Origin: Azolla caroliniana
Taxonomy: Eukaryota > Plantae > Polypodiophyta
Length of the DNA: 64,000 nucleotides
Direction of reading: 5' to 3'
NCBI GenBank assembly: GCA_043228905.1
Contig: JBHGNT010000001.1
Location: 26,412,001 to 26,476,000 of the forward strand
Position numbers and translations under genes: made by a program. The notes under the pieces are model-generated. The model was given only the letters and a program-made list of their open reading frames with translations. It was not told where the DNA came from and made no database searches. Numbering within the stretch: the stretch's first letter is position 1; each line of letters begins with the position of its first letter. This document shows, one piece after another, positions 38,046 to 49,932 of the stretch.

Positions 38046-40793
38046 ATGCTGCTACCCCATCCTCCATTAGAGCTCCCTTCATCCTCCAAGTCCGCCTCCA
38101 TAGCTGCTTTAGCTTCTCCCTCGCGTAGAAACCACTACAACCTAGCAGAGAAACAGCGATCAGATCGAGCTGATCAGGAGCTGATTTGGCGGGACCTCCT
38201 CGCAAATCCTTCCCTCTGGTGGGATAATAGATATGATAAGCTTGGCCGTGGCCACCCTGACTTTAGACACAAAATCTCACGGCAGCCTCTCTGGCTTAAC
38301 AGTCATTGTAAACCTACCTGGGTCGATAGGGAAAAGCTTGATTCTTTCAACCATGGCCTTTATGCAGATAGTTGTGGCGTGTTCGAAGATTTGGTTAAGA
38401 AATTCCATGGTTTTTGCAGGGTTGGAAAGCTTGATATGGCCATCCATATGCTATTTAACATGCCTTTTCATCCCACTGAGAACATGTATTACGCTTTGCT
38501 CAAGGTGTGTAATGATAGAAAAGATCTTGCTGAAGCGAGATTGGTTCAATCTCGTCTTTCTTGGGATAACCTTGAGATTTTTGGGTTTCTGGGTGAGTAT
38601 TTGGTCATCACCTTGGTTAAATGTGGTGGAATTGAAGATGCTCTCTATGTCTTCAATAGAATGCCACATAGAACGGTTTTCTGTTGGACTGCTATCATTT
38701 CAGGATATGTAGAATGTGGAAATTTTAATGAGGCTTTAAGTCAATATCCTTTGATGCAAGGAGATGGCATTGATCCAAATGATTTCACATTTATATGTCT
38801 TCTCAAAGCATGTGGCTCTCTTCGTGATTTGGAAGGGGGAAACAAGATGCATATAGAAGCGAAAAAATATAACTATGGATGTGATTTGTTTGTTGGGACA
38901 AGCTTGATTGACATGTATGCAAAATGTGGGAGTATAATCCTCGCCAAGAAAGCATTTGATGGGTTATTAGAGCGAAATGTAGTCTCTTGGACTGCATTGC
39001 TAGCGGCTTATGCTGAACATGGTCAACCTGAAAGAGCTTTGGGATTCTATGATAAAATGCAAGATGAAAGTGTGAGTCCTGATGATCGCGCCTTTGTGAT
39101 TGCCCTTCAAGCTTGTTATGTGCTCGCCGAAGATGAAGGGTCTCTTGGTCAAGATGCTCTTAGAAGAGCTCAGGCATTACATGCTAATGCATGGATCAAG
39201 AGCTTAGACTCTGATGTTTTTGTAGGCAATGCTCTTGTGAGTTTGTATGGGAAATGTGGAAAGATTACTGAAGCTGAAAATGTGTTTGCCAGGTTGCCTA
39301 TTCGCGATATAGTCTCATGGAATGCATTGTTATTTGCTTATGTTGAGGACGGTTGGACACACAAGGCTTTGCGTTTGTTTCGACAATTGAAGGAGGAAGG
39401 AGTGGCTCCAGATGATCGGACATTTGTATCATCCCTTCAAGCATGTGTCATGTTGGTTGAAAATGATGAATGCAGTGGTTTTTCAGCCCAATCAACTAAA
39501 TTGATTGCTGTTGAGGTTGGCCGAGCATTGCATTTCGAGTCAAGAATAACAGGATTTGATACAAACCTCTATGTGAGTCATACATTAGTGAATTTGTATA
39601 GTAGTTGTGGCACGATTGCTGAATCCGAAAATGCCTTTATTCGTCTTAGAGAATACTCAGTTGTATCATGGACAGTCATGTGCCTAGCGTACCTCAAGCA
39701 AGACGAAGGTGTAAAAACGTTACAGCTATATAAGGAAATGCAAGATGAAGGGGTAGCTCCGAATGATAGAGCCTTTACAGTTGCTCTTCAAGCCTGTTGC
39801 TCTCTTGCTGAAAAGGAAGCAACTGAGGGTCAACCAGACAAAGCTATACTCCATATGATTGGAAAGGCACTCCACGCCGATGCACAAAGAATTGGCTTTG
39901 ATTTGGATGCATTTGTTAGTAGCGCACTGGTGACAATGTATGAGAAGTGTGGGGGTCTAGAAGAGGCGAACAACACGTTTTCTGAGCTATCAAAAGATCA
40001 CGTAGCACCGTGGAATGCAATGCTATCGGCATGCATTGAAAGAGATGAAGGACATAAGGTTTTAGAATTGTATGGACAAATGCAAGAGAGGGGAATTGAG
40101 GTGACCGATACAACTCTTCTATATGCTCTGCAAGCATGTAGTAAAGCTGGGAGTCTAGAGATCTGTCGGGAGATTCATTACACTCTTGTTGCTGCCGGGC
40201 TAGAGTCAAAGATGAGCCTTGTGAATACTTTTATTCATGCTTATGGATTTTGTGCAAGTATAGCCGATGCACATGCTGTTTTCAATCTGATGCCAACACA
40301 TGATGATGTGGCATCATGGAACACTCTCATTGGTGGATATGCTCAACAAGGTAACTGGGCAACAAGCCTCCTCCTATATGAGAAAATGAAGGGGACATTT
40401 GTTAAACCTGATGGGATCACATTTACTTCCATTCTCACTGCGTGTTGTCATGGTGGGCTTGTAGAGAAAGGCATTGATTATTTAGAATCCATGAGTAGAG
40501 ATTATAGTCTATGTCCAGAGATTGGGCACTATAGTACTGTCTTAGATCTCCTTGGGAGAGCAGGCGATTTTGTGAGGGTGAGAGACTTGCTATCAAGTAT
40601 GCCAATGTATCCTAACATAGCTATGTGGTTAGGCTTACTTGGTGCATGTCAAATGCATGGTAATGTTGAGTTAGCATGGCATGCGTACAATGAGGCTGTT
40701 CATTTGCAACCCAAGCAAGCGACTGCTTATGTTTTAGTGTTGAATATTTATGCTGATGCAGACCCTGAGGTTTATGAAGTGGCAATGGATTAA
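38046..40793 (+). CDS. PLS-class pentatricopeptide repeat protein (E subgroup, no DYW) with N-terminal OSB-type PDF motif
   Basis: Repeated P-L-S triplets (VVSWTALLAAYAEHG / PDDRAFVIALQAC / DVFVGNALVSLYGKCG), terminal L2-S2-E1 (ACCHGGLVEKG, HYSTVLDLLGRAG, WLGLLGACQMHGN) and a truncated E2. Residues ~46-97 read WRDLLANPSLWWDNRYDKLGRGHPDFRHKISRQPLWLNSHCKPTWV. Confidence 0.93.
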   Translation: MLLPHPPLELPSSSKSASIAALASPSRRNHYNLAEKQRSDRADQELIWRDLLANPSLWWDNRYDKLGRGHPDFRHKISRQPLWLNSHCKPTWVDREKLDSFNHGLYADSCGVFEDLVKKFHGFCRVGKLDMAIHMLFNMPFHPTENMYYALLKVCNDRKDLAEARLVQSRLSWDNLEIFGFLGEYLVITLVKCGGIEDALYVFNRMPHRTVFCWTAIISGYVECGNFNEALSQYPLMQGDGIDPNDFTFICLLKACGSLRDLEGGNKMHIEAKKYNYGCDLFVGTSLIDMYAKCGSIILAKKAFDGLLERNVVSWTALLAAYAEHGQPERALGFYDKMQDESVSPDDRAFVIALQACYVLAEDEGSLGQDALRRAQALHANAWIKSLDSDVFVGNALVSLYGKCGKITEAENVFARLPIRDIVSWNALLFAYVEDGWTHKALRLFRQLKEEGVAPDDRTFVSSLQACVMLVENDECSGFSAQSTKLIAVEVGRALHFESRITGFDTNLYVSHTLVNLYSSCGTIAESENAFIRLREYSVVSWTVMCLAYLKQDEGVKTLQLYKEMQDEGVAPNDRAFTVALQACCSLAEKEATEGQPDKAILHMIGKALHADAQRIGFDLDAFVSSALVTMYEKCGGLEEANNTFSELSKDHVAPWNAMLSACIERDEGHKVLELYGQMQERGIEVTDTTLLYALQACSKAGSLEICREIHYTLVAAGLESKMSLVNTFIHAYGFCASIADAHAVFNLMPTHDDVASWNTLIGGYAQQGNWATSLLLYEKMKGTFVKPDGITFTSILTACCHGGLVEKGIDYLESMSRDYSLCPEIGHYSTVLDLLGRAGDFVRVRDLLSSMPMYPNIAMWLGLLGACQMHGNVELAWHAYNEAVHLQPKQATAYVLVLNIYADADPEVYEVAMD

Positions 40794-41499
40794 TAAGCAC
40801 CGAAATTGGGTGAGATAGTGATCATTGCATATTTTGCAATATGTTTATTTTGTTTTCTCAAGACATTTTTGGAAGATCTTCTTACCTTTTGCCTGGACAC
40901 GGGCAAAAATCGCTATCCCAATAATTGAAACATGTTATTTATAGGAGCTCAATGTTGATCAAGTTCAAGAAAAAAATTCATGGAGAAGTCTTGGTGGATT
41001 TGGGCAAATTATAGTAAAGAAAAAGTATGCATGCGAATTAGAGTTGTCCTATTTGGAACACATCACATGAAGGTGCCATATAGCATGTGTTTTTTAGATG
41101 GTGCTTTGATGATCACTGTGCAAGATTGCGAGGAAGCACCATGTAATGTACTAAAGACCTTTTATATATATTGTACCAACATTGAGTGGGATGGTGTTCA
41201 TTACTTATTTGGCAACATGTTTCTTTTATTTTCTCAAGCCTTAGAAGCTAGAGGTGTATAGTGTCTCAAGAATCTATGAGAAGGGTGTGAAAGTGTCGGC
41301 AGGGCCACGAAACGAGAGTGTGACTTGGACAGTAAAATGAGATTCTATTAATGAGGGAGCTGCAATAAAGTGAGACTTGGGCAACAAAAAAAAAGCAAAT
41401 AAGAGGGGAGAAGCGTGCTTTATGTAGCCACCCTCTCTACATTCCCTCTTCAACGATCAACATTAGGAGTAGGATCAAGAATATACTCTTAGAAATGCA

Positions 41500-42900
41500 T
41501 ACACCATGTCAATTGCAATATTCCATGTTAGTTACAATAGTATCATTTCAAGAATGACTAGTAATGAGTTATTTGATGCTCATGGCTGCCAAGCATATGT
41601 TCACACTATACTGCATGTTGAGCTTGTTTCTCAACTCCCTCCTTCAAGCTTGACTAAGAGTCAGATGTTGAATTAGAACTAGCCCCTTCATCTTATGACC
41701 ATCGAATTAGATACCTTAGATCTTGCTTGAGCTTGTTCCTTCATCATTAATCTCCTTTATTACTCCCACTTAAGCTTTCGTGATTCAAGTGGGTGTAATG
41801 ATTTTCTCCAGATTAGCCATACCAAGTGTCTCGTGAAAATGTGTGTTGTTTGTAGGCCACTATGTAAGAATCAATAATCGTTCAGTTTGAGTTGAATTGA
41901 GCTTCAAAATCGTGGTATAATAGTTTCACCTATTTGGTTTGGTTTGGTTTAGTTTTAGAAATTTGTAAATGGTTCAATTTGCCTTGGGGGAGGGTTCAGT
42001 TTAGTTTGTTTTGAGCCATTATCAACTAAATGATGCAACTTAATAGTTCAATGGCTTAATGTCTTAACAATCTAATGGTTTGGGGGTACATTTTCGAAAC
42101 ATTTACTAAATATATAAATGATGTAATATGTATTATGAAGTTTTAACTTTGAACCCTAACAAAATATTTCAATTACAATTTTTTTTTGAGTTTTAAGAAA
42201 ATAGCCCTTTCTTGAAAATTTGAAAATTGAGTCCTAATTGCGAAACTGCGACTTAATGGCTTAACCGTTTGTCGATCTCTTGAAGCGTTTAGTTTGAGCT
42301 TGAAAATCCTTCAAATAGGGTTGGTTTAAACAATTTGGTTAAAATGGTTTTGCTGTAATGGTTTCATAGTTCAATTCAGTTAGGTTTAGTTTCAATTTTT
42401 TTTAATGATTTGAGTTTGAGATTCCCAAACTAAATTGAATTGAACTATTTCTGGTTATTACAAGTATGAATATATTGGAGATTGACATATCTAGTGATGG
42501 TCTGCCCTTGGATTCAATGGTAGTGCACCTCAGTGTGCTTCTTGCTCGCATAAAAGATCGAGTTCTCTGCTTGTTAGATTCTACTCATGTTGTCATGAAG
42601 GTCTAGAGCAGTACTTTAGCCACAACCTCTTCGTGTGCAACAACTATGCCTGTTTTTGCCATTGAGTGTTATAAGCATAATCCAGAGAACCAATTCATTT
42701 GCTAATTTTAATGGGTTAAGAGTACAATAGTCGAGAAATCAACTATCAGAGGAACTGGGATAACTCGTAAGGACTCATGACACGTGGTGACCTCAGAGCC
42801 TTATGTGTTAGGCTATATGAAGGGGTGTAGCTACCCACTTTATTATGATGTCTTGCAACATTGTAGAGGCTTCTTCAGATTTGTTATTAAATTATCAATG
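41500..42900 (-). mobile_element. Highly decayed Ty1/Copia 3' remnant, split by a small inverted-repeat element (~41858-42467)
   Basis: Minus-strand KHTEVHYH-like RNase H motif at ~42545-42515, HIFTRHL (ADIFTKAL-like) at ~41845-41820 and a PPT-like AAGTGGGAGT at ~41771-41762. The insert has GTTT/AAAC-rich ends. Confidence 0.45.
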
Positions 42901-43052
42901 TTAGAGGCTAACTAATTACTCAACAAAATATAAGGAAAGATAAATTATAGAAAGGAAAGATGGGTGCAAAATCATCCAAGTACCACCTAGTGATGGCTTG
43001 AGACTCACCCAAATCTCCTTGATTTGTCCCATACCATTGAGTATTGATTTAG

Positions 43053-43714
43053 TGTCGTGGAGGTTTCCGACCACCAGGAGAAAGGTCCGTCGAAAGCGTG
43101 TGAACAAGGGTGTGCAAGTATGCACATGAACTCGGTCTAATGTACAAACAAATGTAAATAACAAAGTATTGATAAGTACAAGGCAGGAGCATTTAATAAG
43201 GTATTTTATGATCCCACAAAATGAGGGGAATAATAATGTGTGTGATAGGAGGAGATTGTGGAGGGGATCACTGACAGAAGCGTCTGTCATTACTACAGAT
43301 GTAACAACCTCTTCTTGTGCTATAAAAGGAGAGGATTGAAACAGTTTTGGGGATCCATCATTTGGTAGGGGAAGGCGCTGCCATTTTGTGCTCTCGAGGT
43401 TTTAGTTTCTTGCTTTGTGCATTCGGTGGGGAGAGTAAGGCCTCTGTTTGCATAGGAAGCCTGTGTGCTCTCGACCAGAGGCTTACTTGTGTGTGCGTGC
43501 GTGTGCGTGAACACCGAGCTCGAAGCTCTCATTCCGGCCTGAGGCCATTTGTATTCTTCTCTATCTTTGATACATTAGTTGAATATTTTGGCATTGTTAT
43601 ATTCGGGTATTTTCTCTCCATTTCCTCTATCTCGGTCTCTTTGTGTAGCGTCAACATTCGACTCTCTATTTTAGTGTCCGGGGAGGTGTTGTTCTCCCCT
43701 TCCTTGTTAAACAT
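43053..43714 (+). mobile_element. LTR fragment (element A) interrupted by element B
   Basis: Starts TGTCGTGGAGGTTTCCGAC, similar to the element B start TGTCGTGAAGATTTCCGAC. TATAAAAGGAG box at 43321. Confidence 0.55.
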
Positions 43715-46700
43715 TGTCGTGAAGATTTCCGACTATGGTGAGAAAAACCGGGTGGAATGGGCAAAGTCGGCAATGTGCACCTTTTGCACATGTACATTCA
43801 AAAATGTATATAAAATAAGAAGGGGAATATTTGTCCCACATTGTAACGTCCTTCCCTCCTTGGACTATAAAAGGAAGGAGGGGTCTCTTGTTAAGGGGTT
43901 GCCCATTTTGAGTTAGAAGGGTATACCACTTAGATCTAGGGTTTGGTAGTTTTCTCTTCTTCTTATTTTCCTTAGGGTTTCTACTTTGGTCTTCTTCACC
44001 CTATTTTGTTTTAGGGTTTCATTTTAGGTCTTCTTCTTCGTCGTCTTGTGGGTTTTGGTTCCTTCTTCTTGAGTGGAGGTTTAGTGTTCCATTTTGGTTC
44101 TTCATATTGTGAGAGTTCGTGGGTGATTTAGGGTTTCGGTTTTCTTTGTGTGAGAGTTTGGGTTTGTTTTGGGGTTTCTACAACGACGACTCTTCGACAT
44201 TCTGGTGGTGGCACTTGGTGGTTTGGCTTCCTCTCCTCTTCTCGACAGAGAGCATTTCGTGTGGCAGCCGGTTCGAGAAGGGAGGGTGAAGTGGCACGGG
44301 AACACTCCACCGTCTTCGGGGCATGACCAATGGTGGATGTCGTGGTCCCGACGGCCCACTTAACTCGCCTTCGCTAGTTCCCATTTCTTAACTCGTTGTA
44401 TTTACCCGATTGTTTTGTAATAGCTACCGGATTCGTGGGTTGTAAGCCGACTCATTGTAAAATGTTTGTAACATATATATATATTTGTGTATATTCCTCT
44501 TTGTTTTCACCTATTTGAGTTGAGTCCTTGTTCACGGTCAATCCTCTTACCGATCCGAGTCAATCCGTCCAGAAGTTGATCCGACGGGATATTGATCCAG
44601 ATCGATCCATTCGGAGGTCGATCCGGGCCGATCCATCCGGAAACCGATTCAGACCAATCCGACTAGACCGATTCAGCCGGAAACGGACATGAGCGGAAAG
44701 CCAAAGGGCCGATGCTCGTTGAGAGTGAGACCTCCACCATCCGACTCCCTAGTCTGTGACCCCCGTGGTCCCACCCAAGCCGACACGTATGCATGGATAA
44801 TTGCGACAACGTTTTGTCCATTGCGAATCAAAGCCTGTGTGCTCATCTTCTGGAGTATGACTTTGGATCTGAATCAGATAGAGGTCCTAAGAGCCCGTAT
44901 GTTCAACAAAGCACTTGACAATTGAGCCGGACAGGACACTGCAAGCTTAGTAGCCGCTCATTCTTAGGCTCCTTGGTCCGAGATCCCGGTGGTCCCGCCT
45001 GAGCCGACCCCCAAGTACTGGAAACCCGCGACATCTTTGGTGAACCCGATGTGAAAAAGGCGTAAAAAGAGTTCTAGGAGAGAGGCAGTGGGCTGACTCA
45101 AGCAATGGCTGGCCTCGACAGGGCCATAGAGAACATAGTGAGCACGATAGGCCGATTTGATGGAAAGAATGTCTCGAGCTATCTGAAGGCCTATAGGGCT
45201 GAAATGGTCATGTGGGACATTCCCAAGGAAAGACGGTTGGGTAGCTTTGCCAGGGTTATAGCCCTGAGCATCCACATCGAGGTGCTCGAGATGGAGGCGG
45301 TTTGTCACAATTGGGAAGAGGTATGGTCTCGACGACTCGCTCTGAATGTCGAAGAGGGAGCTTATGGAGTGGGTCGAGCTCCTCAGGAAAGGGAGGAACA
45401 CATCGACACTTGTCCAAGAGTTTGAGATGCGGTTTGCAAGACTATCGCCGCTGGACCGGACTGTGCTCGATATGAGCAAGGTCCTATTGTTCATCAAGTC
45501 GGTCGACTCGCATGATTGTGAGAAGGTGGGTATGTTTCTGGAGACGGACGACGACCTTATGATTGACTGGGCCATGGTGAAAAGAGTCTACCACCATTTT
45601 GATAAACGACGGGAATGGAGCGACAAAGGGCTGTCGTTTGCCAGCCCATCCACGTAGGGAGGAGTAGCGGCGGAGGTCCCGACTCCGCTGGGTGAGGCGA
45701 GAAGGCGGACTGACTTGGGCCCAGTACTGACCAACATGGTCGAGGGACAGTCCGGGGCGCAACGCTGTAGGAGCTGACGAAAATGGTGCGTGATCTCCAA
45801 ATTGGTTAGGCTCGAAGGGATGGTGGGGGTCAATCGCGTGACTGGGACCCGTCTAATGACCTTAGATGCATGTGGTGTGACAGTGTTGACCACATCTTGA
45901 GGGACTGCACCGACTTCATCGAGGCGTTGATGAACAACATGGTGTACCTCTGGAATGACCGAGTACACACGAGTGAAACACGAAGGCCCCTCAAGATGAA
46001 CACTAGACGAGGCGGTATGAAGAGGATAATCGAGGAGGCAACAACGGGGCATGTTGAAGCCGTCCATTACTCGGCGTTGGCAGGTATCTGGGTAGGAGGA
46101 GAGAAGAACATTGGCTCGGAAAGCGACATCGGAATTTGGTCGGTTATACTTGAAGGGTTCTCTGGGAAGAAGCTGAAGAAGGAAGAGGCGGATTGCGCGG
46201 AGAGGGTAGTCCGGGAGGTCACTGGATGGAGCAATCCGGTAGAGGAGAAGACCAACTTCATAGAAACTGCGGCTTCATAGAAGTTCTGGTTGAAGACTAG
46301 CGGGTAGGAAAGGCTGGAGGGGCCAGACCTTCAGGCATGTATGATACCCGGAGTGGGTCAATGAAGAATGATGGCGGTCCGACTGACATGCAGGAAAAGG
46401 TAAAGGGAAGATTTCTGAGCTTCCTGTTGAGCTGGAGATTCAGAAGTTGCTAGACCTAAGGAAGGTCTTAGAGGAGCGCATCCTCAACAATAGGGTGGAA
46501 CTCATGTTGCGAGAGGTATTGGGTACTTCCAAGAAGGAGTTCCACGACACAATCATTGAACTGGTAAAGAGGAAGCGGCTCTCGACTGAGCCAGAAAGCG
46601 AGAAACTGGTCGAAGTGAAAATGACGCACATCGATGAGGTGGTGGTAGAAGAAGGGTATCTGATAGCCACTACAAGCGGCCGCACTAGGCAAGGGCAATA

Positions 46701-47060
46701 ACGGATACATCAGTCTGGATCGGGGTTGTAACGGAATTGGTGGTGGTTCTAATGGACCACAGATAAAAAATTAACCTGATGTCCATGGATTTCTACAGAA
46801 CGGGGAAATGACTGATCGACACCAAGCATGGGTGGAAGATACACGTGACAACTCGTGTTACGAAGGAGCTACACGGTACATGCCCAAATGTTCGGGTGAA
46901 GGTTGGGGACGTCGAGATTGGTCAACACTTCTTTGTGCAGGAGTCATCGTCCCATCTAGTAATCTTGGGTGAGCCCTATATTATGGCGGCTCAGATAGAG
47001 ACAAAGGTGCTCGACAACGGGTTGGCATACGCACGGGTGAAGAGTATTGTCTGCCGGCAT
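43715..47060 (+). mobile_element. Degenerate Gypsy LTR retrotransposon (element B), relative of element D; 5' LTR 43715-45033, gag-protease remnants, interrupted at 47060
   Basis: LTR TGTCG...CGACA and PBS TGGTGAACCCGATGTGAA at 45038-45055. Broken ORFs are collinear with element D gag-pro (IGRFDGKN, CMWCDSVDH..C, HGTCPNVRVKVG). Confidence 0.85.
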
Positions 47061-47765
47061 TGTAACCATCATACATAACGCATGGAGAATAGAGTATTAT
47101 ATTAGGAGCGTTAAAGTAACGCGTTGTCGTGAAGAAAACCATCCAGAGCGGAATCCGTGCACCGGAGCGTAGAAACCGACTCTTCATGCACGTGCGCCTT
47201 AAGTTGTACATAGGAGATCCTAGGTAGATTCGGTAGGTAGGGAGTAAAGGGGAAACGACTCCTTCCTTGCCTATAAAAAAGGAGGGAGACGAGGAGGGTA
47301 GGGGGATCGCGGAGAGTCGAGGACGAAGTGCTGTCGGTTTGCGTGCGAAGGCTTCTTTCTCTCTCTCTGGTTCGCAAACTCCATAGCTTCCTTTTGTGCA
47401 GGTTTCGGGAGGCTCGCGCTGCTCTGAGGAATGCCCGAGTGCTTCCGGCAGCACCTCCAACCTGTTCCTGTCTTTCTGTGCGTTTACGAACAGGTATCGA
47501 CATCTGATCGCCGGCCTGTTCGGTTGTAACCGACTTCGTGTTTTGTTGTCTTCGTGTTCTTGTTGTTTGTCTTTGTTAATACATACATACATTCGTGTCT
47601 TTCTATGTCGCTGTCCCACTTGCGTCTTTGCGTCGAAGGGCCGTGTCCCTGTGGATCTACGCTCGCACGTAGAGGGTTTCTTCCCCTTCCTCTCTCGCTC
47701 TTTGGTATAGGACCCCCGAGGTTCCGCCTCATTCCACGCATCCGCGAGGAATACCTCGACATCTT

Positions 47766-47783
47766 TGGTGAACCCGACGTGAA
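47766..47783 (+). promoter_or_regulatory. Primer-binding site complementary to the tRNA-Trp 3' end
   Basis: Reverse complement of ...TTCACGTCGGGTTCACCA, the 3' end of plant cytosolic tRNA-Trp as I recall it. It begins 4 nt after the LTR. Confidence 0.8.
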
Positions 47784-47805
47784 GGAGGCGGCAGAAGAGC
47801 AGAAG

Positions 47806-49932
47806 ATGAAAGGGTCGGATCTTGCAGAGGCCATGGCTTCGGCCGTGGATCGGATACTGAGCGCACGCGAGGGCTCCAGCGCCCTCGACAGAGCCATTGA
47901 GGCGGTCGTCGGTACGATCGGCCGGTTCAGCGGAAAGGATGCCACGAAGTATTTGGCGTCCTACGGGGTAGAAATGCTGATGCGGGACATTCCAGAAGAG
48001 AGGCGTCTTGCCGGGTTCCCTCGAGTGGCGATGCCGAGCATCCATGTGGAGGTGCTCGAGGTACGGGCGGAGAGCCGTACCTGGGAGGAGTTCGAAGGCC
48101 GACTCCTAGAGAAATATGGGCTGAACGACGCGCTCCGGCTTTCGAAACGGGACTTCATGGAATGGGTGGAGTCCCCCGACAAAGGAAGAAACGCGTTGGC
48201 ACTCCTCTGGGAGTTCGAAGAACGCTTTGCGCGCCTTTCGGCGCTTGACCGAACTATCCTGGATACGAGCCGGGTCCTACTGTTCGTCAAGTCGGTGGAC
48301 GAGCGGGACCGGGATCAAGTCGGCTCCTTGCTGGAAACCGAAGACGGGTTGACAACCGATTGGGCTGCGGTTAAGAGAGTCTATGGCCGTTTCGACAAAC
48401 GGCGAGAATGGGCTGACAACGGGGCGGCCGATGCGGGCTCTGTTACAGCAAGGAGGCTTGAACCGGCGCCGCAAGTGCGAAGGGAAGAGACCCGGGAATG
48501 GCTTGAAACCGGTTCGGCTTCGACCGGCATGGTCAATGGCTCGTCCGGAGGAGCAGCGCTGGAGGAGTTGATGCGGGCGATAAAGGATCTCCAGATCGCC
48601 CAGACTCGAAGGGAAGGCGGCGAACCGGCTCGTGACCGACGGCCGGCAGTAGGGAACAGGTGCATGTGGTGCGACGAGGTCGGCCACATCCGGAAGGACT
48701 GCGGCGATTTCGCAGAAGCGTTGAGGAACTGGGTGGTGTACCTGTGGGAAGGCCGGGTGCACGCCGGCGACACCATAAGGGCCCTAAACCAAAACGACGG
48801 ACGAGGAGGTATGAAGAGACTGATGGAAGAGGTAGCGGCCCGACACGTGGAGGCCATCCACTACTCGACGTCGGCCGGCATTCGGGTCGGGGGCAGCGAG
48901 GCCCGAAAGGAGGGCAAAGACGGCTTCTGGTCGGCAATGCTGGAAGGTCTTGCCGGCGCATGGTTGAAGAAGGATGAAACGGACCGCGTTGAGAGACGGG
49001 TCCGGGAAATAACCGGGTGGAGCGATCCGGTCGAGGAGAAGACGGGCTTCGTAGAAGCCGCCTGCCAGAACTACGAGGCTCTGGTAGAAGACAAGCGAGT
49101 GGGGAAAGCCGGAGCGGCCGGGCCCTCACAACGATACGAGACCCGATACGGGCAACGACGGAACGATGCCGGCGGGTCCAGCTCGCAAGATAACCCTAGG
49201 AAGGGCGGATACCGATTGGGGACGGAGATAGAAAGGACTACGGACCTACGAAAGGTCCTAGAAGAACGGATCCTCGACAGCAAAGTGGAGCTGACATTGC
49301 GAGAGGTGTTAGGGATCGCCAAGAAGGAGTTCCACGACTCCATTGTAGACTTGGTGAAACGGAAGAGGCTGTCGACGGAGACGGATCCGGAAAGACCGGT
49401 AGAGGTGCGGACGACGCACATCGACGACTCAGCACTAGCAGATGAGTGGGCGGAGAGCCACTATTCGAGGCCACACTGGGCCCGGGCGACCACGGAGACC
49501 CCGGCAAAGATCGGAGAGGTTCAGGAACTGGTGGTGGCACTGGTGGACCACGGTTCGGAAATAAACCTGATGTCCATGGACTTCTATAAGAAGGGGAAGT
49601 GGCCGATCAACACCAAGCACGGGTGGAAGATACGGGCGGCGACGCGCGCCACTGAGGAACTGCATGGGGCCTGCCCGAATGTGCGAGTCAAGATCGGCGA
49701 CGTCGGGATTGACCAGCACTTCTTCGTACAGGAGACGTCCTCGCACTCGGTCATATTAGGGGAACCATACATCACGGCGGCTCGAATGGAGACCAAGGTG
49801 CTAGACAACGGTTCGGCCTACACAAGGGTCAAAAGCCAGGACGAGTGCCATTCGGTCCAATTTCTGACCGTGAGACCGAACCACGAGAGGAACCGCGAAT
49901 CCCTCGGTGGCGAGAACCGGGAGGATTTTTAG
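47806..49932 (+). CDS. Gag-protease ORF of element D
   Basis: CCHC knuckle CMWCDEVGHIRKDC, aspartic protease ALVDHGSEINLM and ILGEPY. The upstream part of the 47554 ORF lies in the LTR, so the first ATG after the PBS (47806) was chosen. Confidence 0.85.
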   Translation: MKGSDLAEAMASAVDRILSAREGSSALDRAIEAVVGTIGRFSGKDATKYLASYGVEMLMRDIPEERRLAGFPRVAMPSIHVEVLEVRAESRTWEEFEGRLLEKYGLNDALRLSKRDFMEWVESPDKGRNALALLWEFEERFARLSALDRTILDTSRVLLFVKSVDERDRDQVGSLLETEDGLTTDWAAVKRVYGRFDKRREWADNGAADAGSVTARRLEPAPQVRREETREWLETGSASTGMVNGSSGGAALEELMRAIKDLQIAQTRREGGEPARDRRPAVGNRCMWCDEVGHIRKDCGDFAEALRNWVVYLWEGRVHAGDTIRALNQNDGRGGMKRLMEEVAARHVEAIHYSTSAGIRVGGSEARKEGKDGFWSAMLEGLAGAWLKKDETDRVERRVREITGWSDPVEEKTGFVEAACQNYEALVEDKRVGKAGAAGPSQRYETRYGQRRNDAGGSSSQDNPRKGGYRLGTEIERTTDLRKVLEERILDSKVELTLREVLGIAKKEFHDSIVDLVKRKRLSTETDPERPVEVRTTHIDDSALADEWAESHYSRPHWARATTETPAKIGEVQELVVALVDHGSEINLMSMDFYKKGKWPINTKHGWKIRAATRATEELHGACPNVRVKIGDVGIDQHFFVQETSSHSVILGEPYITAARMETKVLDNGSAYTRVKSQDECHSVQFLTVRPNHERNRESLGGENREDF

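Noticed and set aside
37801-38070. Upstream ORF that might extend the PPR N-terminus
   Set aside because: It is in a different frame, and an in-frame TGA at 38028-38030 precedes the PPR ATG. There is no splice evidence.
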